A stretch of 64,000 nt of DNA from Phoronis australis. Lineage: Eukaryota > Animalia > Phoronida. Below, one piece after another: positions 51,241 to 64,000 of the stretch. Position 1 is the stretch's first letter; every line of letters begins with the position of its first letter. A model generated the notes under the pieces. It was given only the letters and a program-made list of their open reading frames with translations. It ran no database searches and had not been told where the DNA came from. The translations under genes were made by a program, and so were the position numbers. The DNA lies in contig NMRA01000247.1 in NCBI GenBank assembly GCA_002633005.1, forward strand, positions 454,958-518,957, given 5' to 3'.

Positions 51241-54200
51241 AACTTTCAGCTTTGGGCTTTGCATTTCTGATCTGCTTTTATTTCAAAATATTAGTTAAGT
51301 ACCACTACTCAAAAAAGCTTAAACATTTGCATTCTGTAAATGATAATTCCTCATCAAACAGATATTCAAAAATATGCAGAACCACCTTCAATTTTTTACA
51401 TAGTATACTAAATAATTTTCCATCTCAACAAGGTGCTAAATCTTGATTTTGACAGAATACTTTTGATAAGTTGTTCAAAACTTCACTAGAATATGAAAAC
51501 TTCTTGTACTTGAATCAATGGCTAGTTTACCACAGTCACACTGCTGGCATGTCTTACATGGATGGATAAATTAAAACTATGGTTATTTAATCCCCCAAAA
51601 ATTCTAAAGTCTAATATATATTATGTTATTCTGACATAGAGCCTTATTTGACCTATGCATCAACATTTCCAAACTACTGCCTGCGCACAAAGATGTAACG
51701 GGGTACAGGGGGATGACTGAGCCAGAAAATCAAGTTGCCCAGCCCCAAGTTAAATTGCTTGTTTAGCTTGGGTGACCACAGACTTACTGGTTGTCTTAAA
51801 TTCAAAGAACCACCAGAAAGATGGCAAAATTAATGTCCAAAATTCTGGAATTAATGTGGTACAATACAAGCTACATGTTTCAATATGCCTTTTATACTCT
51901 TGACATTCACCAGTCAGAATTTGGTTCCGCTATTAAAAAAAACTCCTGTTAACATGTTGAGGAAAGTACTCTTGGTGAAAGGGAACAAATTTAAAAGCCA
52001 CAAAGATCTGTAATCACTATCGATTGTTCCACTCACAGCAACCCATGATAAAATGCTACAAAACAGCAGCGTTACCACTTATTCATAAACGATCAACTTA
52101 CCAAACTTAGTGCTGGAAAAACATCTAATTCTCGTGTAACATAACCCTGACAATATCGCACTGTAAGACTGGTCGTTCCCAGTGTTTGCGCGCACGGTAG
52201 ACGATTGTGACTTGGAAATGTCAACTAACAGCCTATTTCAATGAGCGTCTGGTTTTTTATTGCAAAGGACAGCAAAGGTAAAAATGACAACCCTATGAAC
52301 TTACAAACAACGGCTACGACTTGACTTTCAGCAGAGTAGTTTTGAGTCTTGAAGAAATTATCGAGCCCTTGTTTCTGGGGCTGAGCACGTGCATATGTAT
52401 GAGAGATCTGTCAATCTTATGTTGCTGGCAATGTAACGTGTACTTCACATAATGTAACATCAACTGACTCGGTTCCAGCGCATTCAGTGACGATGTTACT
52501 GCTAGACCACTAAGACGGGAACCAAAATGAACCTTAGATTCAGGGTAAAAACACCACATGGAAGAGAAAAATTATTCATTTGGTCTCTAAAACTCTACTA
52601 AACGATAGAGAGCAGCTGTGCTCTGAAAATTCGCTCGCCACCTGGGTGACTGGACAGTGATCTTCTACTCGACCAGCACCATTTTTAATCCCATTGGCGA
52701 CTGGGTGAGTAGCTACATATATCCCTTTCACAACATGACAGACAATTAAAATTTTATTTTCTCCTTTTCTATAAAAGTTATGTAGCACCAAAATAATGCT
52801 TCATGTTCAAGTTCTGTGTCAACCATAAGACAATACGTTGAAAAATGTATGCATTTATGGGCACTTTTATTCTTAGGTTATAAGAAAAAATTGTCATGAG
52901 CAATTGAGCAACCACACAATTTGTCGACTACAATTTTTTTTACCCTTATGGTAAAGATACGACATAGTCTTCTTTAATCTCTTGGCATACTTTCAGGGGA
53001 AATCAACTCCGCTGTATTTTTGTGCGTAACAAAGGTGGAATTGCTCTCACAATAATGTTGGTAGCCCTCAAGAAAACAAAAAAGGTCAGCTTAGACATTT
53101 GTACATGCATATATAGTGGCCACCCTTGAAACTTGGGGGGAGGGTTGCCAAGCTGAAATATGCACTGCTGTCATCTTAACCAGGTATTTTGACAGTCAAA
53201 ATCAGCGATTTCAGGTTTGAGTAAAAATCACTCTATGAGCAGGCCACCATGCCCAGAGTACTTGGAGTTCTCCCTTGTTGAAATTTCAAAGGGTGTTGAT
53301 AAGCTAACTTGATATTGTTACTACTGTAACCATTTATTTTGACCAATAGGATCATCAAATGCTAGATGGCAGTCACGTCAGAAGCAGGCACCCATGATCA
53401 AAGGGTTTTTAGTGACCCTCCCTAAAACATAGGGGAGCTTCAAACCTTTTTGAATACGCCCTGTTGCTATGGCAAACAGGTATTTTAGAATTCACAATAG
53501 TATATTAAGTTGTGCATCTCACATACAGATGAACTTTTAAAGCATTCAAAAGTGACTGTAAGCTTTTATTTATCATACACCATAACCAGTACAACAAATT
53601 TTGATAACCCAAAAATGCTGGCCACGGCAACTCATGCACCCAGACAGGGATATAGCCTTTTTAACACTAACATAAAAACTGCCTGCAACTAATGCTATAG
53701 ATTTGCATAACGATTACTGGAGGCAAAGACTTATGGCTAGTATTTAAGAACCAAAAGCATATATAATTTTAAAAATCCAAAAATGGTTGCCATGGAAATG
53801 AATGCAAATAAACTTGTCAGCTAATTTTTCATTTTTCAAAACCGTATAAAACACATCCAGCAGAATAAATTAAATAAAACATATACTAATGACTTTATCA
53901 AAGATGTGCCATCATAATTACCACCAGTACCAGTTACCATTAAAATCCGATAACAGGTTACCATGACTGAGGATATGCATATTCATAACAAGCATTTAAG
54001 GGAAGAGCGGCAGTGATGTTATAGCATGTACAACAAGTACCGGAAATAACTGAGAATCAGGATTCTGAGCAATCGGTCGGTTCCAATAAGTATCACCGAA
54101 CATCCAGTATACGTACAAAAGCGCAACACAGTTCCTACAACAGAGATAGTAGGTTGTCAATCACAACTTTTGATTGAATTATTATCAACAACCATCAAAT

Positions 54201-57146
54201 GCAATATATTTAGTGAGTAAAACCAAACCAACGCTGTATGAAGATTCCATGGCTTCTGGCTGTAACAAGCTAGTTAGCGATGTCAGCATTTCGTTCTCTG
54301 TGATAAAATATGAAATTATTGAAAGACCGTAATAAAGCATCAAAATAAACAATGCATTATTTTCTAAACATCTATATTGAAATTTAGTTGATCTGCAGCA
54401 AAGAAATCGGTGAATGAAAGTTGTGTGTAAAGTGAAACAAGGGCATACACATTTCTGACAGAATTCATGTGGAATTAAACTTAGCAGTTTCTATAATGAC
54501 CAATTTTTAAACAAACATTCACATTAACCACAAGAAGCTGCCATACAGGAAGTTGTTCTCTGCATGTAATTTTGGTTTTCATTGGCTAGTGTAAACCAAT
54601 TAGCCACACTTAGACAAATGAAAGTGTTGCTTACTTCGTTACTAAAAATTATCAACTTATTAAGTATCTCATTATCAAAAACCAACTATAAAAGAGAAAG
54701 CGTCCTAGTTAAAACATAAAAAACTTTGTTAATTCTCAAGTTGAGCTTGGCAATCCCCCAAACAGTGATCAGTGGCAGTTTTAGATAATTGTGATTTATG
54801 TTGTTTTCTTCCAGCATCACTTTACCATCAAAGCTTTGTTTAGAAGACTTTGTTTTGCCTGACTGACAACAGGGGGAGGTAACGTAGCTCTGTGTGTGCA
54901 ACCATGTATAAAGATTTTCATAACCACAACTACACATGCTCATATTTAGCCTAGGCATCTATACCGAAAATAATATACTTTTAAAGATTCTTTTACTCAA
55001 CCATTTTGCTTGTAAGTTATCCTCCGTATAACAGCGCCTTGTCCAGGATAGGCACACCAATTGTCCTTGCAATAATCTTGCCCTGCCTAAGATTTTTATG
55101 CATTGCATGTCCTAGAGCACAGTTCCCATTCAACATTCTGTTGGGCACATTTTTGATCTCTATTTACCCAGGTGGTGAACAGCTCAAAAGAGTAACAACT
55201 AAAACTCAAGTTTAGTTACTGTCACGAAAAAAGCAAATTTTGTCGTTAATGCTTTCAAGTTGACAATTATAAAAGATAATAACAGATAAACTGGCAATAG
55301 TCACTTCACAGGAGTCGGATATTTTGAGAACAAATTTCCACCATCAAACATTGGACTCTATTTCTGGTATGAGAAAACAAAAAGGAATTTTGAAATTTTC
55401 GAGAATGAAAACATCTCACAAATGGACTTAAAAGAGAGGACCCAAGTACCCCAAGGAATAAACATAATAATTACCCACACTTCCCACTTTTTCTTTACTA
55501 CGTCCTAAAAACCAAGCACAAAATACGCCACATGTTATCCATCTCTCATGGCCATTTCCCACCAAGTTAAATCCAGTACTAGCAGAAGAGTTGATGTTAA
55601 CTCCAAGTTAACTTGAGCATTCTCACTGCCTTCAGTCACCTGTTTACTCCTAAGTAAACTTGACTTGCTAACTTCAATCCAAACCAAATTTAGCCTTCCC
55701 ACTGTCACCGAGGTTCCTCTGAACACCGAAGCGAAGCCTTGATCTTCGTGGGAAAAGCCTTTTAATCATCCAATTATCAGATCATGCTTTTAGTTATTTC
55801 CATGTTTCTATCGATAAAGATCTTTTTGGTACTATTCTCAGTAGCCCCATTCGCATGCTTGACTGAGAAACCCCTTCCCCCACATCTTAATTGTTTACCT
55901 AAATCCGCTTTTAATTCCGTTACTACGAGTGTTCTCATGTGTTCAGTTCCCGTTAATGAAACCCGCTTTTCCAGGTCACTCCTGTCATCGACTTTCGTAA
56001 CTACTGCTCTTATGCTTCTAGAGAGCAACACCAACTGAGTTAAACTGGTAAAGAATTCATCAAAAGATGCTGTCAGTTAACCCACCATGGATTCGCCAGC
56101 AGCGTTTTAAGACCTCTAAAAACACTAAAAACTTACAATAAATTATCTCGAGCCTTTTTGCCCATTAGGCAAAAATCACACTATTCTTCCTGGACAGCCA
56201 TCCAGAGACAAGAAGATCGAAAAGTGCGTAGATTTTTTAATCCACATTTTTTCAAATTCGCGGGGAATGTGGCTTGCAATGCGATTCCCCGAAGTGAGGA
56301 TTTCCGTTTACATAATTGCTTCTTTTGATGTTCGACGCAGCGTATCAAATAACACAGTCGGTAATATACCCGCAAAATTTACCGCACAAGTGAAAAGCGC
56401 TACTTTGAGCATTCACATGCAAGTCAGGATACCACTAATGGAGAATAGTTTCCGAGTGTTTGACGCGGCGCATAGAGCCGTCTTATACCTAAACACAGTA
56501 CAAGACGAAAGTATTCAGACAAAATGACTTTGAAGGTTCCGTCAAGCTGACTAGACTTCCCCTATGACTGAGCATGAGGGGAAGTCAGAAAGGTAGCTAA
56601 ACCATTAGAATGTTATCCCATAATAGTTTTTACCAATTTTTTGCTGATAACAGAATTAGCCAGCACGATGAGGAAATTGTATGTTTTTCTGATTACTTGT
56701 GTCTTGTATTGTACATGAACATGTGAAAGAACACGGAATGTTCCTGAACTTAATTCAATTCCTATGTGCTTACTAATCAGCGTGCCTTGTCCAACAAAGG
56801 TCGGCCATTAAAAATACTTCACATTCCATACAGTTTGGGTCGCTTCTCAAACTCATTTTGAGAACTGTGTTCACCCACTAAAAAACCACCCGCATCAATT
56901 TAAGATAAGTTCTTGTGTTTTTTAAAAAATCTGAACACAGGCACCAAAGCAAGAATTGAAACGCAGCGATTTATCAAGAGTAAAAAACAGATCCCGTACC
57001 AATTTTGCTCGTTTTAGGTGGATTTTCTTTTTTGAAAAAGTGATCATGCGCAGGTTTACAAATGACGAGAGTTACAGAGACAAAGAACCCGTACGTAGGT
57101 CATTGCACAAGCGCAGTAGAGATGATCCTTTCCGCCTTACTTCAGT

Positions 57147-57329
57147 TTCGCGTTTAGACTTATAATTGACACGGCGCAAGATGTTCTGGCGCAAATTACT
57201 CTACCTCACAAACGGGTGGCAAATTTGTCACCGCAGTGTCAATTTGCGCCGTGTCAGTCCGTTTATACACTGGAACAACTTGTTCTGTGTCAGCTGATCC
57301 GTGTCAACTTTGTAAGTGTAAACGGCACT
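57147..57329. mobile_element. Short PIF/Harbinger-like MITE
   Basis: cgtttagacttataattgacacgg versus ccgtgtcaactttgtaagtgtaaacg; internal tgacacggcgcaa / ttgcgccgtgtca inverted pair. Confidence 0.65.
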
Positions 57330-60300
57330 CCTGTTACCTTCTTGAAATTTCGGCATAGTTTGGTTGGCGCGCGTTTGATTGTTTTAGTGTTTTGCAGACG
57401 ATAAAATGTAAGGTGTATGGATTTCTACTCTGCACTACTTTATGATTCGCCCATGTAATATCAAAAAAATTACGTACTCGGTGTTATAAACACATTACAG
57501 GTCATGTGAGAAATAGTGTTTTGTTCTACACTACTGGAACACATCATCAATTTAAGCTTCTGTAAAATTTGCCATTTGTTTTAGTGCAAATTAAAGAAGC
57601 ATTTTTAGTAATAAATTAAAACTTTCGAAAAAAGAACAATTCCGAAGATGTACTATTGGTTGCATTTCACCATTATTTAAGACTATTTTCATGACTGCGG
57701 TAGGCAGTATTATCGATTTCTTCAATGGTTGATTAGAAAATGAGTGACAGGCATGATACATGTATCATTTTAACAGATAATGCGTATAATAAATTAATAT
57801 TCGCTTGAAGACATCAAGCAAATAAATCACCAGTTGAAATCAGAAAATCTAATTACCGGACAATACTATTAAACTGCTGTTGTACTACCGACAGCTTAAT
57901 AAATATGTTCACGTGATAGGTGAGGTGTTGTTTAGCCAGCCACAGTTTGGGTCACTAATTTGGGCACAAGACACAATGCACCACTACTGTGTATTGAGTA
58001 ACCGTGATTATTGCAAATTGATTTATTAGTCATTACAAAAAGATCAATTTTGATACACCAATTGACCTTCTAAATGGAAAGATTTAGCAGACTAGAAAAG
58101 TGAAAAATTAGATGGTTTACAAATTCTCCTTCATCAAGATACATATATAAATAATCAATGAAATGCTAAAAAATATGGAGTTGTGACATGAATGTGACTA
58201 ACAGACGCTTCACTACCACCCTAGTGGTCGAAAGTCCAATCTTTTTGAGTTTGGGAAATTGAGGCTGAAAATGTCGGGCTTTTATCATGTCAAATAATTA
58301 GTGACAATTAAATCAAAACTTGTCAACAATGCATGGGGGATATTTACGAAATGAAAACTAATCCAGTGGCAATCAATTACGTATGAAACATTCAATAGAT
58401 TCCCAACCAATTGCGTTAGTGGGGAGAGCAAATTTGATCAGTCAGACCTCGACACACTCCGGAGACGTACTTTAGATGAAAGCTGGCAATAGACACCAAA
58501 AATTAGCCTGGGAATCAGGAAAGCCATCTTTAAACTGCAAGTAGGCACAAATGTCAGGGCAACATAACAATGAGGTTATCTAATTGAGTCTGGGGAGTAA
58601 TGATGATTTAGTTTGGACAAAATTAAAAGAATCAAATTTGTTGAATCCAGAGAGAGTTGGAGAAGAGAATCAAGAGACTGAACATAAACCAGTCCTTCTA
58701 GAAGTTTTGAGAAGTTCAGGGACTTGTTATGAGGAGTTAACTTCTTAGATTATTAAGTCTTCCAAATTCACTTACTGACGAAGATTGCATGCCATGCAAT
58801 TTGAATTTTCAAAATCAACAAATCCCATCTGTATATTCCTTTATTATTGAAACACAAGCTGAGAAACTTACAAAATGGATGTCACTGACAGCTTTAACTC
58901 ATAATGCATATCAAAGAAGATATTTTAAGGCTAGCAAAGGCATGGCATTTACAACAAGTTTTCTCCTATCCAGTATTCATTTTGCCATTAACTTTTTTAG
59001 AAGTGCGTGGCAGAATGCGAAATTTTGTTTTATCGCTCTTTTCAATAAAAGCAAACCATGGAGACATTTCTGTGGCACTGTCTGCACGTGATTGACTTCG
59101 CTCATTCCACCAGGTCAACCAGCTAAGATATCTGATTAGTTCTCGATGAAGACTTCTGACTTACAAACCAATCGGATGCCTTAAACAGTTGTCTACACAG
59201 ATCCGACAAAGTCAATGAAGTGCAGTCAATATCGCCACCAGTTTTGTTACTTCTCCATTTTTATAATTAATTATTTAAATACCTTGAAATCAAATGTACT
59301 GTGAATGTTATCTAGTTTATCATATTTCAATGCAAAAATAATCAACGCTTTATCAATACCGAGATCATAGCATGGTGCCACGTACTGTTGAGCACAGAGA
59401 GAGAGGTCAACATCCTTTTCACAGTATCGTAAGGACATTGTCAATTACACAAACACTTGATTTGTATTTGTGAAATAATTCTCTTTAATAAATAATTCAA
59501 AATTGGCGGAAAAATGTTAGCAACTAAAAAGTTTTCAGTGCATAAATATTTTATGTGAGGTTGTGGGAAGTGTCCCGAACAAAACGGATGGTGTCCAAAG
59601 TTTAAGAACAACCTTCGCAGGCTGGAAATAATGTGCAGGGGCAGGGTTGGTCCATCCGTAAGCAAAAAAATATATTCACGAGACTAGTCTGGGATGGCAA
59701 ACGTGCATCTGCGAGAGGGGAATAGCGTGTGTGAGAGAAGAATTTTGTGTGCAAGCAGTCCGAATTCTGGAGTCACGCACGGAGAGGGAAGTGGTGGTAA
59801 TATCATATTTATATAGAGACCACATGTAACTTGTCATAATAAATTAACAATACAAAACATTGCATCCCAAAACATGAACCAAAACAATAGCCGTACTGGA
59901 CTAGGCTTAATATTTCACTTTTCGTAGCTGAATTTCATTTTATGCAGGCCCAGTGTCCAAATTTGTTGCAAATGGCCCCAGTATCCAAAAACATTGCCAA
60001 CACCACAAAATGACATGATTTTGCTATTTCTGACCTGCAACAAATGAATTAAATTCTGCATTGTAAAGCATGGTGTAACTAGCACGTCATATGTTTGTGT
60101 TGTACACACAATCTTCGTTTCTGCTTACACCCCTAAAAACAAAAGTTAAATATTTTTTTCATTTGCTAACCAAAATAACAAAATAGGTATCCACATTCAA
60201 CACAATTTCAATCAATTGTCTCGTTAAGGAGAAAAAAACAGGTTTTTCAAATATGGCTCAAGATTCTAATATCGTTGAGAGCTTTCCAAACTTGACTCAT

Positions 60301-62079
60301 AAACACAGTGCTAAAAATTTCAAAAAGAGCAGCACTGTATTCAAATATATGCTGATAGAACACTGCATAATGTAACGGAGTTAATTTCTATCACTTGCAA
60401 AATAAGGATTGTCAACTGTTGTTGGGTAAAAAGCCGTGACGTCATCAGACATAATTTCAAGGAGCTGGTATTTACTCAAGACATTAATAAGGCCACTTGA
60501 CAGTCAACTTAATAATTAATTTGAATTAATGAAATAAAAAACTCATTTGTGCCGAAATATTAGAATGCATGAAAATTTCTAGGGCCATTAGAAGATGTGT
60601 TTGTCTTTGTCAATATAAATCACCGAGACGAAGTTGAACATCTGATATCAAAATAACCATTATAAATGGTCTCACGGAGATACATCCAGACTATTAATAA
60701 CCCTCCTAAGAAACATTTCTCTCTGGAATGATGTTATAATATAAATAAATGAGGCTATTATACAGATACAGTATTAATTACAGCTGGAAAATTTGACTTT
60801 AATCGGACAATGTTCCTTGTCCGTGCTGTTTTCTATTAATGAGATGGAGGCGAGCGTGAATTGAGTTTGTATCGATAAAAAGACAGTGACGTCTTATTCA
60901 GCCCTTAATAAGATTGTCAACGGTGGCGTATCACATCTCGATTGATTGTGTTTTTAATGTGAAAGAATCCAACAGCTATGAGGTATGAATTTATAGATGC
61001 CCAGTTTCATACAGCTTCATATTTTAATTTCCCATATTCACACAAATAAATGACAAATTTCAAAGAAGACTATTATTTGAAAAAGTTGCCTCAAACAAGC
61101 ACTTCATTCCTCTGACCCTTTTGCGAAAATGTAGGAGTTAAATGGTAGGAACAGTATTATAGAAAATTGAGACAAGGTGGTAAGGAATCATTTTAACAAT
61201 TTTGGACAAAAAAAATTGCCAGAATAGTCAATTTCTCATTTTTTGAAGGTGCTTTATGTAGTTGTGAATGCCCAATTGTTTTCAAAATGGTACAAACTTG
61301 AGCACGGTCGCATTAATTGGGTGCTACATATTATTCATGAAATAATGAAATTTCCCTTGACAGTCACTTTAGGGCCCCTCTATTGATACCAACGTCAACA
61401 TTTTGGGGAGTGTCCGTAGGTAAGAACAAATTCAAACTTGTGTATTTAATAGCAGAGCATCGACGCTTCGATATGGAATGAATGGTTACCTTTAGTGACA
61501 TTGGAGTCAAGTGTCATTGTTGACAACTGCACGAGTTGTGGCATTATTTGATTTGTTTTCAAATGTTCATCATTCTGCTACTATAAGCATTTTATTTACT
61601 TTATTCAATTCATAATACGACAGTATATATGATACTAGAAAAATTACACCATCTTGCGATAACTTCAATGACCTACTCACCAAAGTGCAATAATTTTGGT
61701 GTCAGTTTTTAACTACCGCAGCCAGTCAGAAAGATTCAACTAACTTGGTAGATCAGATGTTCCCCTTGGTCCTCTTGTACCAGAGGTAAGTTGGTATGAA
61801 GCAGTCTATTGTGTCCGAAATTGGTGAGACTGACAAGTTAATACCAATGATTTCAAGATGTTGCCTGCTACTGCACTGTGCATCTCACAGTCAGCTACAA
61901 ATGTATGTACAAAAGAGGCTCACTGGAGCTGTGAATGTTGGTAAGCACTACGGTAATTCTGTTTAAAGGAATAAAGAGCTTAAACAACAATTTATTAACA
62001 ATGAAAAATGTCTGCTTAAGGTTATAAAAAAAGTCTTGACATCAAGACTAAGTATTAAACCAAACATCTACAACACAAT

Positions 62080-62391
62080 ATATTTTAACTCAGAAATGGT
62101 GTATTGATAGCAAAACAATGCTGTCAACAACATGATAAAAATTTCTGTGATATAATGCTACTACAGTTTTCTAAGATATACCGTCGTTTTTGTTTTATGA
62201 AAATTAAGCTTTCACATGAAAATATAAAACCTTTAAAAGCCCTATTTTTATAGCTTCTCATGCAAAAGTAGAACACTTAAATAACATTTCCTTCGGTAAC
62301 AGCGTTTTGGAGACCAGTGCTTCAAATTCTGAAAGTTTCATATGTTCCAAAGTTTGCCAACTTTGGACATTTTTCAGGGTTCTACATAACC
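62080..62391 (-). mobile_element. TTAA-bounded MITE family, copy 5 (inverted, partial)
   Basis: ggttctacataacc at 62378-62391 is the reverse complement of the family 5' end; internal tatttttatagcttctcatgcaaaagtagaac is the inverse of the shared block. Confidence 0.7.
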
Positions 62392-63539
62392 TTATTTATA
62401 CATACTGCAGTTTCTTAATTCTGTAAAACCATAAGAGGTAAAATATTTTTTGGGGGTTAACAAAGCAATTCCTAAAAATTGAAAAAGCAACAAAAAACCT
62501 GGATCAGTTGTCCAATAATTAAAAAGCATAAACTGTGCACTGTATTTACGAATTTCATAGTTTATTTAATAATTTAATTATATGAATCACTATATTTACT
62601 TACTATACTTATAAGTAGCATCCCTAGGTTCTATCTATGGTATATCTAAATTTGTGTAATGTGATCACTGAAAGATAATTAAAGAAAGACCTGACGAAAC
62701 AAATTACAAAATGACCTTGGGAAGTAGAACTACAAAATACCAAAGATTCCAAGATTTTTCAAAATGTCTTAATCACAAAATATACCTGTATTGTTTTGTA
62801 CAAGTATCTTCATCACTAATGCTGAAAAAGGAGTCCAGTTTTCCTAAAACCTGGATCAGATGTTAGGGAATATATATTGTAAGAAACTTTAGCTTTCAAG
62901 ACTTTCCAGGTTTCTTGGCAGCAGGCAAAAGATGTTGAATAAAGCCAGGGTAGATTGGATTCCTTAAACACTTGACTCAAAAGTAAGTCACTACAACAAA
63001 ATGGGTATCTGGATGTATCAAATTTCCAGCCTCTTGATGGACTAACAGAAAGCACAAATCTGGCTCCATTGCAAAAGTTGTAACTGATCTCACAACAAAG
63101 ATGACAATGTTAAGTTGTGAGAAAAAAGTGATTGATGGACAAAATTCCATAATTTTGAACACATTTTTGATTGAGACAATTAAATTATAAAAAGGTGACA
63201 TTTTCACAATGTTTGATTTTAAAGAAAAGCATATTCATAGCATTTCTGTAATTTTGATCTTCACTAATTTCCACTTCAAAGTGACTGAATATATTCAGCA
63301 TAGCTACCAACACCATCCCTAATGTTTAGGAATATAAATTTAATTTCATGGCTGAACTACTTTTTTATCACACTGAACTGGTTTGATATTCACGAGTAGG
63401 CTTCGTTTGAATTTTGGATTTAACAATGAATCCTTGATTTGTGAAACCAAACTAATTTCAGAGTAGACATTCATTGTCCCCATTGATATGAATTAAACAT
63501 CACTGGTTCATTTGTATATTTATAATAAACCACTTGACC

Positions 63540-63609
63540 ATGAACAATGATAAAAGAACAACGATAAATGAACAACGATAAATGAACAATGGTAAATGAA
63601 CAAAGATAA
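63540..63609. repeat. 14-bp minisatellite x5
   Basis: Consensus atgaacaacgataa, five copies. Confidence 0.92.
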
Positions 63610-64000
63610 ATAGAAGAAGCATAAGAAAATAGATTGGTATCTGATGGTAACATTTTACAGGAACTTATGAAATTGAGGGTTTAGGTAGAAGCTTTTAAAA
63701 ATCGAGAACAAAACTATTAGTCTTGTTTGCTTTAATTAATTCATGAAAAACACACTCACGAAGGGGTGTTTTATTTGACGTCAAGGTCAAGTATTGAACA
63801 TTATTTCTGTGAAATTAGTTTCACAAACTAAAAAAGAAAAATGGAAGAAAAATGCAAATTCACTTATTTTAGTATTTGTCATGGTGTTGACACCTCAAAA
63901 ACAGAGAAATTCTGGAAGTTTGTGTTATTTGGAAATCACAAACAACGAAACTTTATTTTCTCAACTATATTAATAAATCAAAAATAGAATGACAACTCTT

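Overview
AT-rich animal genomic DNA, most like an invertebrate deuterostome (ambulacrarian-like ARID3 protein; the taxon is an inference). The only protein-coding gene I can support is an ARID3/dead ringer (dri/retained/Bright-family) transcription factor on the minus strand. Five coding exons were rebuilt by hand with GT-AG boundaries and consistent phases: 26514-26442, 7843-7660, 6981-6701, 6269-6018 and 703-600 (stop). They encode the extended ARID domain and the C-terminal REKLES-beta region. The first of these exons is missing from the ORF track. I could not find the upstream N-terminal exon(s), so they probably lie beyond 64000. The rest is very large intronic sequence with decayed non-autonomous DNA transposons (TTAA-bounded and PIF/Harbinger-like MITEs, Helentron-like repeats), a tRNA-derived SINE, foldbacks and short tandem repeats. 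No new biological system can be established from the sequence alone. The best leads are a repeat family whose units rebuild a CTCF core motif, a PxDLS CtBP-type motif in ARID3, a perfect nested 59-bp palindrome, a hairpin that pairs better on the gene's sense strand, and a candidate in-frame 45-nt exon.
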